Below are positions 1 through 13,265 of a stretch of DNA of 64,000 nt, piece after piece. The first letter of the stretch is position 1, and each line of letters opens with the position of its first letter. A program made the position numbers and the translations under genes. Where the stretch lies: the NCBI RefSeq assembly GCF_018977255.1, contig NW_024704742.1, forward strand, positions 4,714,001 to 4,778,000, in the 5' to 3' direction. Source of the DNA: Callorhinchus milii. Taxonomy: Eukaryota. Under the pieces are notes generated by a model. The model had not been told where the DNA came from. It saw only the letters and a program-made list of their open reading frames with translations, and did not search any database.

Positions 1-379
1 CAGAATACTCTGAGGAAGAGCACATATTAATTACATCAGGCGATCTCCAATAAGTTTGCTTTCCCTAACCAGAGCTTATAGTTTAAGTGATCTGTTAATC
101 AGTGCCATTGCACTGGTTGATATATCAGGGCTGGAGATACTAGTAGGAGTTGTAAACAGAATCCTCTACATTCAAAGAATGTAGACCACATAATGATAGA
201 ATGAGCTCTGGGTTAGCCCTGGACAGCAATATGCCAGCTCATGATTTGAAATACTTGATTATGCATTCAGTGTCGGCAGATAACATGGTTGGTTGACGTA
301 GCTGTTTTAAATAAAGCTGTATATATAGGGCTTGGTTTTGGCCATGACTTCTGACAGCTTATTGAGTCTGATCTTGAGA

Positions 380-3300
380 ACTTTTAGTGCTGCTGTCTCC
401 ATTGTGCAAACTCTGCCTTAAATGGTTTAGCTAATGTACTGATTTCTCATAGATCTTGCTGGCTCAGTTTCTTAAGTTTTGTGCTTCAGAAAGGAGGATA
501 GGGATACAACGCCTTCCAAAATTCATGTCTCAACGTCCTGGGCAGATGTCTTTTGACAAGTTTAATGCTTGTTAGATAGCATTAAGTTTGGTGATGTGGT
601 GCAGAAATTCTTCCCATCAAAACAATCCTCGGAGATCAAACATAGTTTGTACTACAACATGGCTTTAGAGGTTTGGCATGCTTCACTAGCCAGTATCACA
701 AGTTACTCTGTGTTCATGCTTTGACTTGGCGTTGTAGTATGGTTTTTCAAAGATGCTCATTTCAGCATATTAGTCTTTAAAGCAGACTTTAAATTGCAAG
801 ATGTCATCTAAATATTTTGGCACTGCAGTGACCTTGTCCTAAGGTGTATAAAGCCTAAACAAGTAGAAAATAAATTTAAGGTTACAGGTTGTTATTTTTT
901 CTCTCTGAGCAAAGTACTGTTCATCATATTTTTCTCTATACCTCACTCCTATCCTCTTCCACACTGTTTGAGCTCTTATTTGGAGGGTTTATAAATTAGT
1001 ATTTTTGAAATTGTTCCCTTCTCTATATAATCTAAATGTCTGTGGTATTTCCTCTGTCTGAAAGAACTGAGGACTAGTCTTAAGAGTGAGTTTATATGCA
1101 ATGCAATATGTGAGGGGTAGGAGCTTACATAACATTGGGCCTATCATACAGTATATATGTTGGAGGGTATACGTTGAAAGAATGAGGACACTTCACCAAA
1201 GGTAGGTAACCTTTAGTTCTCATGTTTAGGTTTCCATTCATTATTGTGGGACAGTTTCATAAAGCTCAAAAGTTGTGATGGGGTAGAAAAGTAAATCATG
1301 TAATGAAAAACCTTTTAACTTTTAAATTTAAACTTTAAAAAATGTTTACATTTGCTTTATATTGTTAAATAATTTCATAAGCTAACTTTACTTCAAAATA
1401 TCTGTTTACCTAATGTCTTGAACTCGGGAAGTGTCATTAACTTCCATGTAATACACTCCACAAAACAAATGAAACATTGGGGATACTAAATGTTGATTTT
1501 TTTTCTCTGAATGAAGTCCTTTTTCTCTTTTTCGAAGCATCTTCCAAACTTTTAATTTTATCTCATTTGTGCATGCGCAGTGTCAGAATTTTTTTTAATT
1601 TACAAGCACGCTCCATACATTGGTCCTTGCAAGATGGGTATTGACACCTCCTGTAAGAACTGTGCCCAACACTGGTAACTCAGTTCTTTTCTCCCATCTG
1701 ACAGTACTCGTTGGGTGTGTTACTCCTTGAATCTGTTGGGTTTTCACTGGAAGACTCCTTGCTGGTAGGCCAGTTCATTTTGTTACTATATGTCCAAAAC
1801 TCTTGACTTTACTGTGTTTTCCAAAAGAAAATTTAGAACTAGTCTTATTAAAAAAAAATTTATTGGTTATCTTTTTTGTCCCTTTCTAGGAAATGTCTGA
1901 TGGTTTCCATTTTAACCCTACTGTTGCTCAAATCTCCCAGTGTATGGTTTGGCTGGGGGTTTGGTTTGCATCTCTGATATCTGTACAGGGTTGAACTTGA
2001 AAGCTACAGGTGCACTGTAAAGATACTTTGTGGCAGCGAACTATTAGAATAGGAAAACACTTCAGTCTCAGAAATATAAGGAAAATTTATTGGCAGGTTA
2101 CTCCATTACCGTCAGACTTTGAGCTAACGTTGAAGAAAATAGGGTCTAGAAATCCATAAGCTTTCTCACCATTTCTCCCCCTCTTTGTGGAGACATCTCT
2201 GGCCACCAGTTAGCTTAGATCACATGGCTTTTAGAAACCAAAAGGTCTCAATGAAGACTCCATGGTTGAGACATGTCCAGATTGTCACACCATTTCCTGA
2301 GATGTTCCTTAAGTAATGTTTGTCCAATATTTCATTACCAACTCCATGACTTTGGCATTGGCCATGACTGGGTTTCTTCTGCTCTTTTGGGGAATCGAAT
2401 AGCTTGTTTCTTTTGACTCCCATACATAGATAGCAATGACATCATGGTCTCAGTCTCTAGTTGACTTTGTGGAGCCAGCTGCTGTAAGCTCTTCTCTATT
2501 TCCCTTTTATCCAATACATTATAGACTACTGGTCTGAACTTTCGGTACCCAAGTAAGTGGATAAACATCTGTAAAACCATTAAAAACTGCCGTCATCACT
2601 CCTATCCTTAAAAAACCCTCCCTGGGACCCATCTCTACTCTCAAACTACTGCCCCATCTCCAACCGCCCTTTCCTCTCCAAGGTCCTGGAATGAGTTGTT
2701 GCTTCCCAGCTTCGCTCCTTCCTCGCCCACCATTCCCTTCACGAACCCCACCAATCGGGTTTCCGTGCCGACCAGAAACAGCCCTGGTCAAAGTGACAAA
2801 TGACATTCTGTCCATCTGCGACCAGGGCTCACTCTGCCTCCTTGTCTTCCTTGACCTCTCTGCTGCCTTCGACACCGTCGACCACTCTATCCTCATCCAC
2901 CGCCTATCCTCTCACCTCAACCTTCATGGCTCTGTCCTTGACTGGTTCAGATCGTACCTCTCACACCGCTTCCACTTCATCTTCACAAACGGTTTCTCCT
3001 CTAGCCCCCGCACCGTCTCATGCAGCATTTCTCAAGGCTCTGTCCTTGGTCCTCTTCTCTTCAACTTCTCTATTCTCCCTCTTGGTAACATCATCCACAG
3101 ACATGAGGTCAACTTCCACATGTATGCGGATGACAGGCAACTGTACCTCTCTGCCTCCACCCTTGACTCCAGGACCGCTGCTGTCCTGACAGAATGTCTG
3201 TCAGACATCAAGTCTGGATGAGAGCGAACTTTCTTCAGTTGAACATCAACAAGACCGAGGCTCTCCTGATTGGCTCCTGTCAGCACCTCCACACCTCAGG

Positions 3301-4770
3301 TGCTGACAGCATTACCATCATGGTTGAACACTCCACCTTACTAAGCCAGTCTGGAACCTTGGGGTTTTGTTTGAGCCTCAACTATTCTTTCTATCCCACA
3401 TCTGTGCCATGACCTGCTTTGCCTTTCCCAACCTCCGCAACATCGCCCGGCTCCGCCATTGTCTCACACCACAGGCCGCAACCCTAATACACGCTTTCAT
3501 TACATCGAGGCTTGACTTTGCAAACTCTTTGCTTGTTGGCCTCCCCAACTCCTCCCTCCATAGGCTGCAGATCATCCAGAACTCTGCCGCCCGTGTCGTC
3601 TCCTGCACCAGGCTCAGTGACCCTATCACCCCCATCCCCGCCTGACTCCACTGGCTTCCCATCACACAGAGGATACAGTTTAAAATCCTGGTCCTCACCT
3701 TCAAAGCCCTTCATGGTCTTGCTCCCCCCCCCCCCCCCCCCCCACCTCTGTGACCTCCTAACCCCCTACCAACCTGCCCGCTCCCTCCGCTCAGCGGGCT
3801 CCGGCCTGCTTCACATCCCTCGCCTCGTTCGCTCCACTATTAGCGGGCGGGCCTTCAGCCACTCTGCCCCCTCCCTCTGGAACTCCACCCCGCAGTCCCT
3901 CCACCTCGCCCCCTCCCTTTCTTCCTTCAAGACCTGTCTCAAGACCCTCCTCTTCGACCTGCTTTCGATCACCCTGCTTTCCCCCCCTTCCCTCCCTGAT
4001 CCCGACCCCCAGCTTGGGTCTGAAACTCTTGACTGTCCAGCGCCTTGGGACATCCTCCCGATGTGAAAGGCGCTGTACAAATGTAATGTTGTTGTTATTG
4101 TTGTAAAAGATCCACTAACCTCAGAGGGATGAAGAAGTTAAGCCAAATATCCAGTATTTGTTGATGAGGATTTCCCTTACTTAAGGTGTACAGTTATGAT
4201 TTTAAATATTTACGCTCAAGAGGATCCCAGGACAATATTGCATATCTCAGTTCAGGTTTTCTCATTGCTTTTTAAGGTAAATGGCACTTTGTGGCTAGGA
4301 TGATCAAGGCTCATTACTCGCCATTCGTCTGCCATTAAATGTGTCTTGAGTTTAGTCAGCTCTTCACATAGAAAAAGCTTATCATTGCCAGTCATACCAA
4401 CACTGTTTTATTGGCTGGAAATGTATGACTGGGTACATAGTTCAGTCATTGTGCTTCTAAAACAAGTTGTACATCCTTCCTACAAGCCACTTGAGGCAAC
4501 TTGATTTGAGGAAGCAGCTTCAAATGCCAAACATCCTTTGGCGTTGGGTATAACATTTTTATTACTTCAACACTAAAAAATGTGTTTCTTATTTCTAAGA
4601 TTATTGTAAAGGTAGGTTTTGCAAGTATCCAGCAAAGGAACATTTTAAGCGGGTGATGCTTTATGATTACAATAAAGAGGTATTAAGATTGTCCTATGTT
4701 CTAAATAAGTTGCTTCAACTGAAACTCTTACATCTAGCCACTGTAGTTCCTTCTCTGGAATACTGTCTGC
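380..4770 (+). mobile_element. Highly decayed DIRS-like (tyrosine recombinase) retrotransposon, interrupted by the L2
   Basis: Ordered peptide relics resembling DIRS ORF1 (ANSALNGLANVLISHRSCWL, ~406-465), RT (WFASLI, 1962-1979) and YR (VIVLLKQVVHPSYKPLEAT 4445-4501; KLLHLATVVPSLEYCL 4722-4769). Confidence 0.4.
2577..4101 (+). mobile_element. 5'-truncated LINE L2 (RT domain with frameshifts, plus 3' tail)
   Basis: ORF 2691-3221 has LDLSAAFDTVDH, QGSVLGPLLF, YADD; downstream SRLDFANSLL; (GTT)n tail; candidate TSD TGTAAAA at 2570-2576 and 4102-4108. Confidence 0.93.
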
Positions 4771-5884
4771 CTTTGTGCTTATCTTACCCCATCTGCAGAT
4801 GAAACCCATATCTATAACGATGTTACCTTGAAGTTAGACTTTTTCAATTCTCTCCTCCATAACTCCACCCTCAAAACATACAAACTTTAGCCCATTTCCT
4901 CTCCTGAACTAAGTTCCAAACACCCATTATTCCACCATTACCAAACCTCACTTGCACCAGTAGCCCAGCAGTTGAACTTCAAAGGTTCTCATCCTTTGCT
5001 TTAAATCCCTTCAGTTTGTCCTTCCCTAGCTATGTACAAATCTACAATTGACTGTATATTTCACCCACAAAATATAGTCAATACATTTTACAGTAGATTC
5101 TGTGAAGCACTTTGAGACATCGCGAAGACATGATAAAATGCTATATCAAATGCAAGGATTATTATTATGTGAACACCTCCAGCCTTTAAACACTCCTCTC
5201 AATGTTTAAATGCTCTGAGACGTTACCCACATGAAGGGCACTATATACAATAAATGCAAGTTGATATTGTTGCTTCCTTTAAGCATCCAAATCTAGTTTA
5301 CATCACAATTTTTTCAGATGCTCCACCCTCCTTCCCAGCTCAGTGGTCAAGCCTTCTCTGGAACTCACTCCCAATATCCCTTTACCTTGCTCCTCTCCCT
5401 TGTTTAAGACCATTTTAAAAATCTAGCTATTTGATTATGTCCATGTTGCTTTTCTGACAATGTTTGAAGCCCCAGTTCTGATTTTTGTCTTCTATCAGTA
5501 TGCCACTGAATGCAGAAACCTGACCAGTGATACAGCACCTATTAACATTGGTTTGTATTTGAAAGACCCCCAACCACCCTGTTAAACTGTAGTTGTCAGG
5601 TCAGTGCTATTTACTGTAGTGAATGCTGGTAAAGAGTTTATTTGATATTTTTTGCCCTTAAAAACAGTCACTTAGCCATCCATTTTTAATTGTATGCATT
5701 TGACATTTTAACCAAATACCTGAAGTGTAGGAATTACAATTTGGAAATAAAACACCCAAGATGCCTCCTCTCTGTGTGGCAGGTGTATTTTGAGATCCAT
5801 TATAAATCGAAGTATGTTTGACTAAGTAGGGTAATAATAGAAGTTCATTATTATTGACACAGAATAAATAACATTAAATAAAAA

Positions 5885-6270
5885 TATTTTTTGCATTTGG
5901 TATAGCACCTTTCACTTCAGGAGAATATCTCAAAGAGCTTCACCAGATTTACTGTAAAGTGAAATAGCTCTGCATTTGTAGGCAAATGTGGTAGTCCATT
6001 TGCACAAAGCCGTGTTCCACAAACAATCATGAAGTGAATGATCAATTGTAACTGGGGGATTGTTGGTCAGGACACCGGTAGAAATTATTTTTTCTTTTCA
6101 ATTAATGCCATGGATCTTTCAATGTTTCATCGGAAGAGTGGCACCTCTGACAATGCAGCACCCCCAGCACTGCATTAGATTATTATCCGGGACTACATGA
6201 GTTCAAAGTCCCGACGTGGGACTTGAATCCGCAACCTTCTGCCTCACAGTGCTTCCAACTGAGCCAAGCC
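5885..6270 (-). mobile_element. Older tRNA-head Deu-domain SINE
   Basis: Minus strand ggctcagttgg...ggattcaagtcccac head, Deu-like core, L2-like tail; similar copies at about 9150-9397(-), 9820-10110(+), 38945-39180(-), 40170-40522(-), 45560-45950(+), 53140-53770(+), 55840-56050(-). Confidence 0.7.
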
Positions 6271-6414
6271 ATCAAAATATCTATAGAGGCAGCATCATGT
6301 CCATGTAGTACTAGACACCGAAAAGTACAGAGAGCCTAACGTATTACATAAAATTGTAATATATTTCCTATGCATCAACTTCAGACCAGAGCTTTATTAT
6401 ATATGCTTTATCAT

Positions 6415-7560
6415 AAATAGGCTTGTAGAATGGGCAGATAGGTGGCAGATGGAGTTTAATATAGGGAAATGTGAAGTGATTCACTTAGGTTGTATCAATA
6501 AAGAACTGACTTACTCTGGGCGGTAGGAACCTGAGACGGGAAGAGGAATAAAGCCATCTACAGTTCTAGATTCACAGACTGTAAAAGTAGCAGCACAAAT
6601 GAACGAGGCCATAAAGAATGCAAATGGAGTCCTTGGTTCTTTGTCACGAGAAGTAAGTGTAACGTAGGGAAATAATGCTACGTGTATTGGTTAGATCACA
6701 TTTGAAGCACAAGATACAGTTCTGGTCATCATATTACAAGAAAGATATTGCAGCATTGGAGAGAGTACAGCATAGATTTACAAGGATATTACAAGGGATG
6801 AATGAATAGAGCTATACAGCAAAGTGAAAAAATGTACAAGTTAGACGTTTTCTCTGGAATTATAATAATATTATCCTTGCATTTTACAGCGCCTTATTAC
6901 ATCTTCTAGATCCCTCAAAGCACTTCACAGAATATACTCTAAAATGAATTGGACTGTATATTTTGTGGGCGACATATGGCAGCCAATTACGCACAGCAGT
7001 GTCCCACAAACAGTCGTGGATTGAGTGACCATATTATTATTTTTATTTCAAAGGGATTATTACCTTAGGAATAGCAATCCGCCAATCGACTAACAAACGG
7101 GTTCCTACTTGCTGCTAGGTAAACAGGCATGTGGAGTAAGGAAACTTGCCTCCCGCCCAGGAATCAAACCCAGGTCCTCTCGTTTACCAGGCAAATTCTC
7201 TAACCACTAAACTACAGAATTGAGATGTTTTAGAGAGAATCTGATAAGCGTTTAAGATGATGAAAGAATTCAATAAGGTGGACGTTGATTGGCTGTTTCC
7301 AGTTGTTGATGAGTCCAAAACTACAGGACATAATTATAAGTTAGTAGAAGTAGATCCTATAGGGAGTTTAGAAGGAAATTCTTCACACAAAAGTTGGTGA
7401 GAATGTAGATTTCACTGCTGGCAGCTGTGGTTAAAGCAAAAAGTAACAATGCATTCAAAAGGAAACTTGAAGCAAACATGTGGGAAAGAGGAATAGGAGG
7501 AGTGGGGCTCATAAACACTATCACAGACTAGTTGGCAGAAAGACCTGTTTCCATGCCACA
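6415..7560 (+). mobile_element. CR1 LINE 3' fragment, interrupted by a SINE (6862-7219)
   Basis: WADRWQMEFN.GKCEVIH.G-like translation at about 6430; CR1-type 3' UTR near 7500-7560. Confidence 0.8.
6862..7219 (-). mobile_element. tRNA-derived Deu-domain SINE with (TTA)n tail
   Basis: Head gtagtttagtggttagag...gggtttgattcc (A/B boxes); tail ...aaatgcaaggataatattatta. Confidence 0.85.
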
Positions 7561-7729
7561 TAAAGTAACTTTTTCTACTACTAGATCTTCATGCCATATA
7601 ATTGTGAAAGGCAGCAATACTCTCATCAGCAATAAAATGGGACCCTGAGGGGTTGTTATGGCGCACAAAATCCAACCGCATGGCAAAGGCTGAACACATA
7701 GCATTTCATAGTTTTACATGAGCAGCTAC

Positions 7730-8345
7730 AATCTATATAAAAAAGGCCAATGGGTTCTTGGCTTTATATCCAGAGGGATAGAATATAAACATGAGAAAGT
7801 GATGTTGAATTTATACAAAACCTGAGTTATACCACATTTGAAGCATTGTATCCGATTCTGGTCTCCACACTATAGGAAGGATATGACGGCATAAATATAC
7901 GAGTCCAGCATAGGTTTACAAGGGTGAAACAAGGGCTGGCAGGTTACTACTATCAGGACAGATTGGCTAGGTTAGTCCCGTTTTTTTGCGAGAGAAGACA
8001 CGTTTAAGTGGGGACTTAATAGAAGTGTTTAAAATTATAAAAGGGTTCGATAAGGTTAACATAAATTGTCTGTTTCCACTGATTAGGTAGTCCGTAACCA
8101 GGGACACAAATATAAGATAGCGAATAGGGGATGAAAAAGAGAATTTAGGAGGAATTTACTACTCGCAGATGGTGAGATTGTGGAAATCGCTGTCTGGAGC
8201 AGAGATTGAATCAGATAGTGTAGCAGCATTTAAGAGGAAGCTAGGAAGGGGGGAATAGAATTGTTTGGGAAGAAATAAAGGAATGGGTGGAGTATAAACA
8301 CTGTCCGAGTGGCCTGTTTCCGTATAATACATTCTTTGTAAATCT
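7730..8345 (+). mobile_element. CR1 LINE 3' fragment
   Basis: Degenerate ..FISRGIEYK..VMLNLYK..RFWSPHYRKD.. and CR1 3' end. Confidence 0.8.
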
Positions 8346-8919
8346 ATATTCCTTCCCAGTTCAACTTCAGACTTGTGTGAACTTGTCCCTGTGAAAACAA
8401 TCTATAATGTTAGTGCGAGTTTTAAACAAGTAATAGGGCAAATTCAAAATTGAACAATACTTAACAGACCCGGTGGCTGGTCTTAAGAGTTAAGTGAATA
8501 AAGAGGATTTTCCATGGAGCCAACAGTGCTTTCAGCAGTCTGCTGGAATTTTACAGCATTTGAATTAGCTGTCCAGGTGTTCACTGGTGGTCACTTAGAC
8601 CTCTGACTTGGCCTCATGGGATGCTTACAAGCATCTGAGCATCACTTTGACCTTTGTAGAAAAGCCTGCATTTTCCTCTACACTTACAGAACCTCTGCCA
8701 TACCAGCTATACATACCCCCATATTTCTGAATATCTTGCAGCTAGTTCTCTGAGGTTGCACTAAACCTATAATATTCGCAAAACGATTCAGTAGAAGTGT
8801 TACCCAGGTTACTTGAGGAGGGTTTTTATATATTTGCCATTCTTTTTTTCCAGGTAGCCTGTAATTTAGACAAGAGTTTGGAATTCTGCTCGTACTGTGA
8901 TTTTTATGTAGATTGGGAC

Positions 8920-9150
8920 CAATTTATTATTATTATCTTTGAAGGAATTATTACCCCCGGAAAAGCGATCCACCAATCGACTAACAACCAGGTTCCTAGT
9001 TACTGCTAGGTAAACAGAGGCGTGTGGAGTAAGGAAGCTTTCCCAACGTATCACAGGGTTGCCCAACATTTCGCCAGCCCTGCCGGAAATCAAACCCAGG
9101 TCTCTTGCTTGCGAGCCAAGTGCTCTAACCACTGAGCTACAGAAATCCAC
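8920..9150 (-). mobile_element. 5' half of tRNA-derived SINE
   Basis: gtagctcagtggttagagcact...gggtttgatttcc head; same family as 44848-45168. Confidence 0.8.
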
Positions 9151-12100
9151 AACACCAGGACACTGGGAGAAACTCCCTTTTCTTTTTGATTAGTGCCATA
9201 GGATCCATAATATCCACCTGAACAGGCCTCGGTTTAATGTTTCATTTGAAGGATGGCACCTCTGACAATGCAACAACCCCCAACACTGCATTGGAGAATC
9301 ACCTCAGACTATGTGATTCCAAGTCCGGAGGTGGAGCTCGAACCCAGAACCTTCAGACTTAACGGCAAGTGTGCTACCCCTGAGCCAGGCTGACACCTAG
9401 AAAATTGTCTTGTTGCACATGAATGCTTACTTGTTTTGATACTTATTGAAACAAAGCCCTTATGAAATATAACATTTGAAAACATTACTATTGTATTGCA
9501 CAATACTACTGGGGTCATGTCATTAGTTTCCTGTGCCTCTTGTTACATCAGTTATCACTTTTCTTTAACAGATATCCACATACTTTTAACTATTTCCAAA
9601 GCACAGGAGATGACTCCTTAACACTTCACTACCTCTGAGTGAATGAGTTTTTTTCTTTGCTTGCTCCCTGGATGTAAAGCGCCAAATTATGTCCTTGTTC
9701 AACTGTGTTTCATACTGTGGATCATTTAATATCATTGACCTGTCATTGCACTGTGGATGCGAGTCTTATGTTGCTGCACCTGTAAAGTGAACCTTGTGTT
9801 TAGCTTTGTACTTCATATGAGATGTTAAACTGAGGTCTCATCTGCCTGTTCATGCGTGAAGGGCACCATATAAATGCAAGTTGTTGATGGTGTTTGGATG
9901 TTTGAAGATCCCATGACACTGTTTGAAACGAGAAGGTGCCTGGACAATCTCTCAAATACAATTGGTCATTCACTTTGTGGCTGTTAGTGGAACATTTGCT
10001 GTGCTCAAATTAGCTGCTGTATTTTCCTACAAAATCTATAGACGTTACACTTTACAGTAAAATCCTACCAGACGCTTTAAGTCATCCTCTCAACTCTACA
10101 TCGAATTCAAGGAATATTATTCTTATTACCGGCTGGTGTACAACTGCATCTTTATATATGCCTATATTCAGTTGCTGTCATTTTGCGTGGTTTAAAAACT
10201 GTCTGAAGTCATGGAAACGAAGGTGCAAAAGTCGACAGTTATCAATCTACTATTCATGCTATTAGTCGATGAACTGTTTTAGAGACATCACACACTAAAC
10301 ATTGCTCCACAGACGATCGCAAAAACACTTCCATTTTTACCCATCACACACATGTCTTCTTGATATTCCATTTACATGGTGTGTTTAATAAATTTGGTAC
10401 ATATGGTATGTGTATGTTTAGATTCTTTGTGCCAAATACTAGTTGTGCAAGAACTCCATTCCTAATACATTATTGATTTGGTGCGTTCTTATCGGAGTGG
10501 GAAGGAGAAAGGATAGAGAGCATTGGGAGTGTTGTGTACAGTCCTTCAAAACTATCATAGGTGTATTTTGGCTTTACATCATTTATCTTTGAAAATGTCT
10601 ATCATGGCACCTTCCTGCCCACTGAGTTCTCTGTTACGAGAAGGAACTGAGGAAGTAAACTCTCAAAACAGTAGCCATCGCTAATGATGCAGAGCCTTTC
10701 TGAAAATATTTGATGCAATAAGTATGGTAGTAAAAGTTATGGTAGTAACTCTGGTTAATTTACCATGGAACATGCAGCGAAATAAAACTGAGTTCAGCTG
10801 CAGCTCAAGTTCAGTTCAAGCTGAATGGTGCAGTTGGGGAAGCCTGCTGTCAATTGCTGCTGATGGAGGGAAAAAAACACACAAACAGATTGCAAAACAA
10901 GCCCAAAACAGAATAAAATCATCATTGGAACTCCACCTATGCAGTGCAGAATGATACCCATAGCATATGTTTCAAGGGCATAACATCTTAGTATTAAGAT
11001 GGTATCGTTAAATCAGTTATAATAATCCTCGCATTTGATATTGAACTGATACGACAGCTGTGACTGGTGGATGCCCTATAAATCTGACTTTAAAATACTT
11101 TTAAATATTCCTGATAAAGATCTTCAAAGTACAATGTCCCAGGTTTCCGGGATGTTACCACATTCTGTGTTTAAAGCAGACTGTTTAAGGAGAAAGGAGT
11201 ACAATTCAACTCCTTACTACAATCCACTTGTAGTTTGAGTATGTAAGCAGAGGAAGCATTGCTGATGAACACCGATGTTACATGAGTGTAACAATGCTTG
11301 GTGTCTGTACAGTTATGATTACCATATTTAGGCAACTATTAGAGACAATTGAGAGAAGGAGAACATCATTTTAGGTTAAATCCCTTACCTACAAAGCAAC
11401 CTGACCCGAAGGAGCTCAGTTGCTTCTTAATGGTGGATAAAAAGATTAAGAGGCCATTTAATCCAAGTTTTTAAATTTGTTCTTTTAGAATAAAGCGATC
11501 TACATGAAGACCTTCCTCTTCGACCATTCCTACATTTTCTGTTTATTCTAAACTTAGTAAATTTGCAAATTTACCGCACTAAGAAACTAGCTTTCCATTG
11601 AGCACTCTCTAAATAGACTTGTGTGATGGTTGTTTTAAGAGTGCGGGTTACCAGCATCTAAGTTCAGTCTGGTAATGATGCTTGAAATTCCTGGAACCAT
11701 GTAACTAGTATTAACCATAAGACCACCTGACAGTTTTGTAGTTGTAGTTTTGCTTCCATTCCAAATAGAGGATAGTATGGGAAGCCTCTGGATACAACAT
11801 TAAGTCCAGGAGTAAGGTGGGACTGAAAGTTGCAGCTTGACTTGCCTACGTTTTCCTCATAAACTGAAATGAAAAATGTTTCCTGTTAACGGATAACCAA
11901 ATCTCAGAATTGTGCCTTGGTTTGTGATGTTGGCAATATATTTTCAGTCATCTTTCATAATCATGCAAACATCTGCTACAAGACTTTGTAGTTAGGTCAT
12001 TTCTGACCCAAATTAAAATGTGCAGGTGTGTGGGTTTTTACCTGTCAGTTTGCCACCATAAATTAGAGGTGATCCAGATGCCACAGAATAACATCATTAA

Positions 12101-12267
12101 TCTGATTATTTTGAAAATAAAATTGGAGGTGATCAACTAGCACTGATAGATCTACCAGTCTTATATCAAGTATAAGGTTAAGTCACTTTCTCAGTTTAGT
12201 AGTTTAGATGATTTATAGTTGTTTATGAAATGTTAGTTACATTCATTGTTCATTCTTTATCTCCTAA

Positions 12268-12375
<108 letters not shown>

Positions 12376-12819
12376 TAAGTGCATTTACTGTATTCAAAAT
12401 GACATCTAACCTTTGCTTGCAATGTGTCACGTTAAGCAGAAAATTCTTCTATACCATGTAAAGGATTTTTCTCTAATGTTCACTCACCAGCTTAACCTGA
12501 AGATACAAAAGGTGGGCAGAAGAGAGCTTTTATTGAAGTTTATGCACCCTGGATTTCAGGGACTTAAGCTCATAGTTTTCCTGTGAATGGGGGAAAAAAT
12601 CTCAGCATCGTTTCTTGGTTTGTGATATTGGCAGTATGGTTTCAGTCACCTTTTATAAACATCTGCTGCAGACTTTGAAGTTAGGTCAGTCTGATAATGT
12701 TTCTGATCTAAACTTAAACATGATTTATATAATTGCTACTGCAAATTACAGTGAACATGTGATCATGTCTGTTCACGATTTTCTTGCATCCTTTTCAGGC
12801 CCACTTATCTATTAAAATA

Positions 12820-13265
12820 CAGTGGAATCTCAATTATCACTTTCCCGATTATCTGCTATAATCAGAAGAAAATCCACCCGTGTCCATGAGCTCTGCCCTG
12901 CAGCACAGAAAAGGTTAAATTGTACCAAGAATTCAGACAGATTCTTTGCAGCAAAGTGGTTAAAATCAATTGAGGGTATATAATATACTGTTTTAGAGAG
13001 CATAAACTGTCTTTCTGAAGTAAATAGAAGGTTTCATCCATAAGTTGAAAAGTCAAAATGTTTAGTTGCATTACATAATGCAGTATAAAATAATGAATTG
13101 TAATTGTTGGGAATTCTTTGGAGACAAGAAAGCTTTCCTTTATAATGAATATGCTATTAAAATGAATGGCAGTTAGTGCTGAAGTCACAGCACATTTTAG
13201 GGAACGCTGGAACTTCAGTTATCTGCCGTTTCTAATTACAGATCAGAAAGGTGGGTTTTTCACTG
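12820..13265. mobile_element. Putative Tc1/mariner (Tigger/pogo-like) MITE relic
   Basis: TA|CAGTGGAA ... TTTCACTG|TA termini with TA flanks; imperfect TIRs. Confidence 0.4.

Noticed and set aside
2691..4066. Long ORFs as host genes or an active RT
   Set aside because: Frameshifted, 5'-truncated L2; overlapping ORFs are shadows.
11262..11305. CTGATGA followed by a hairpin, hammerhead-like
   Set aside because: No GAAA core after the stem.
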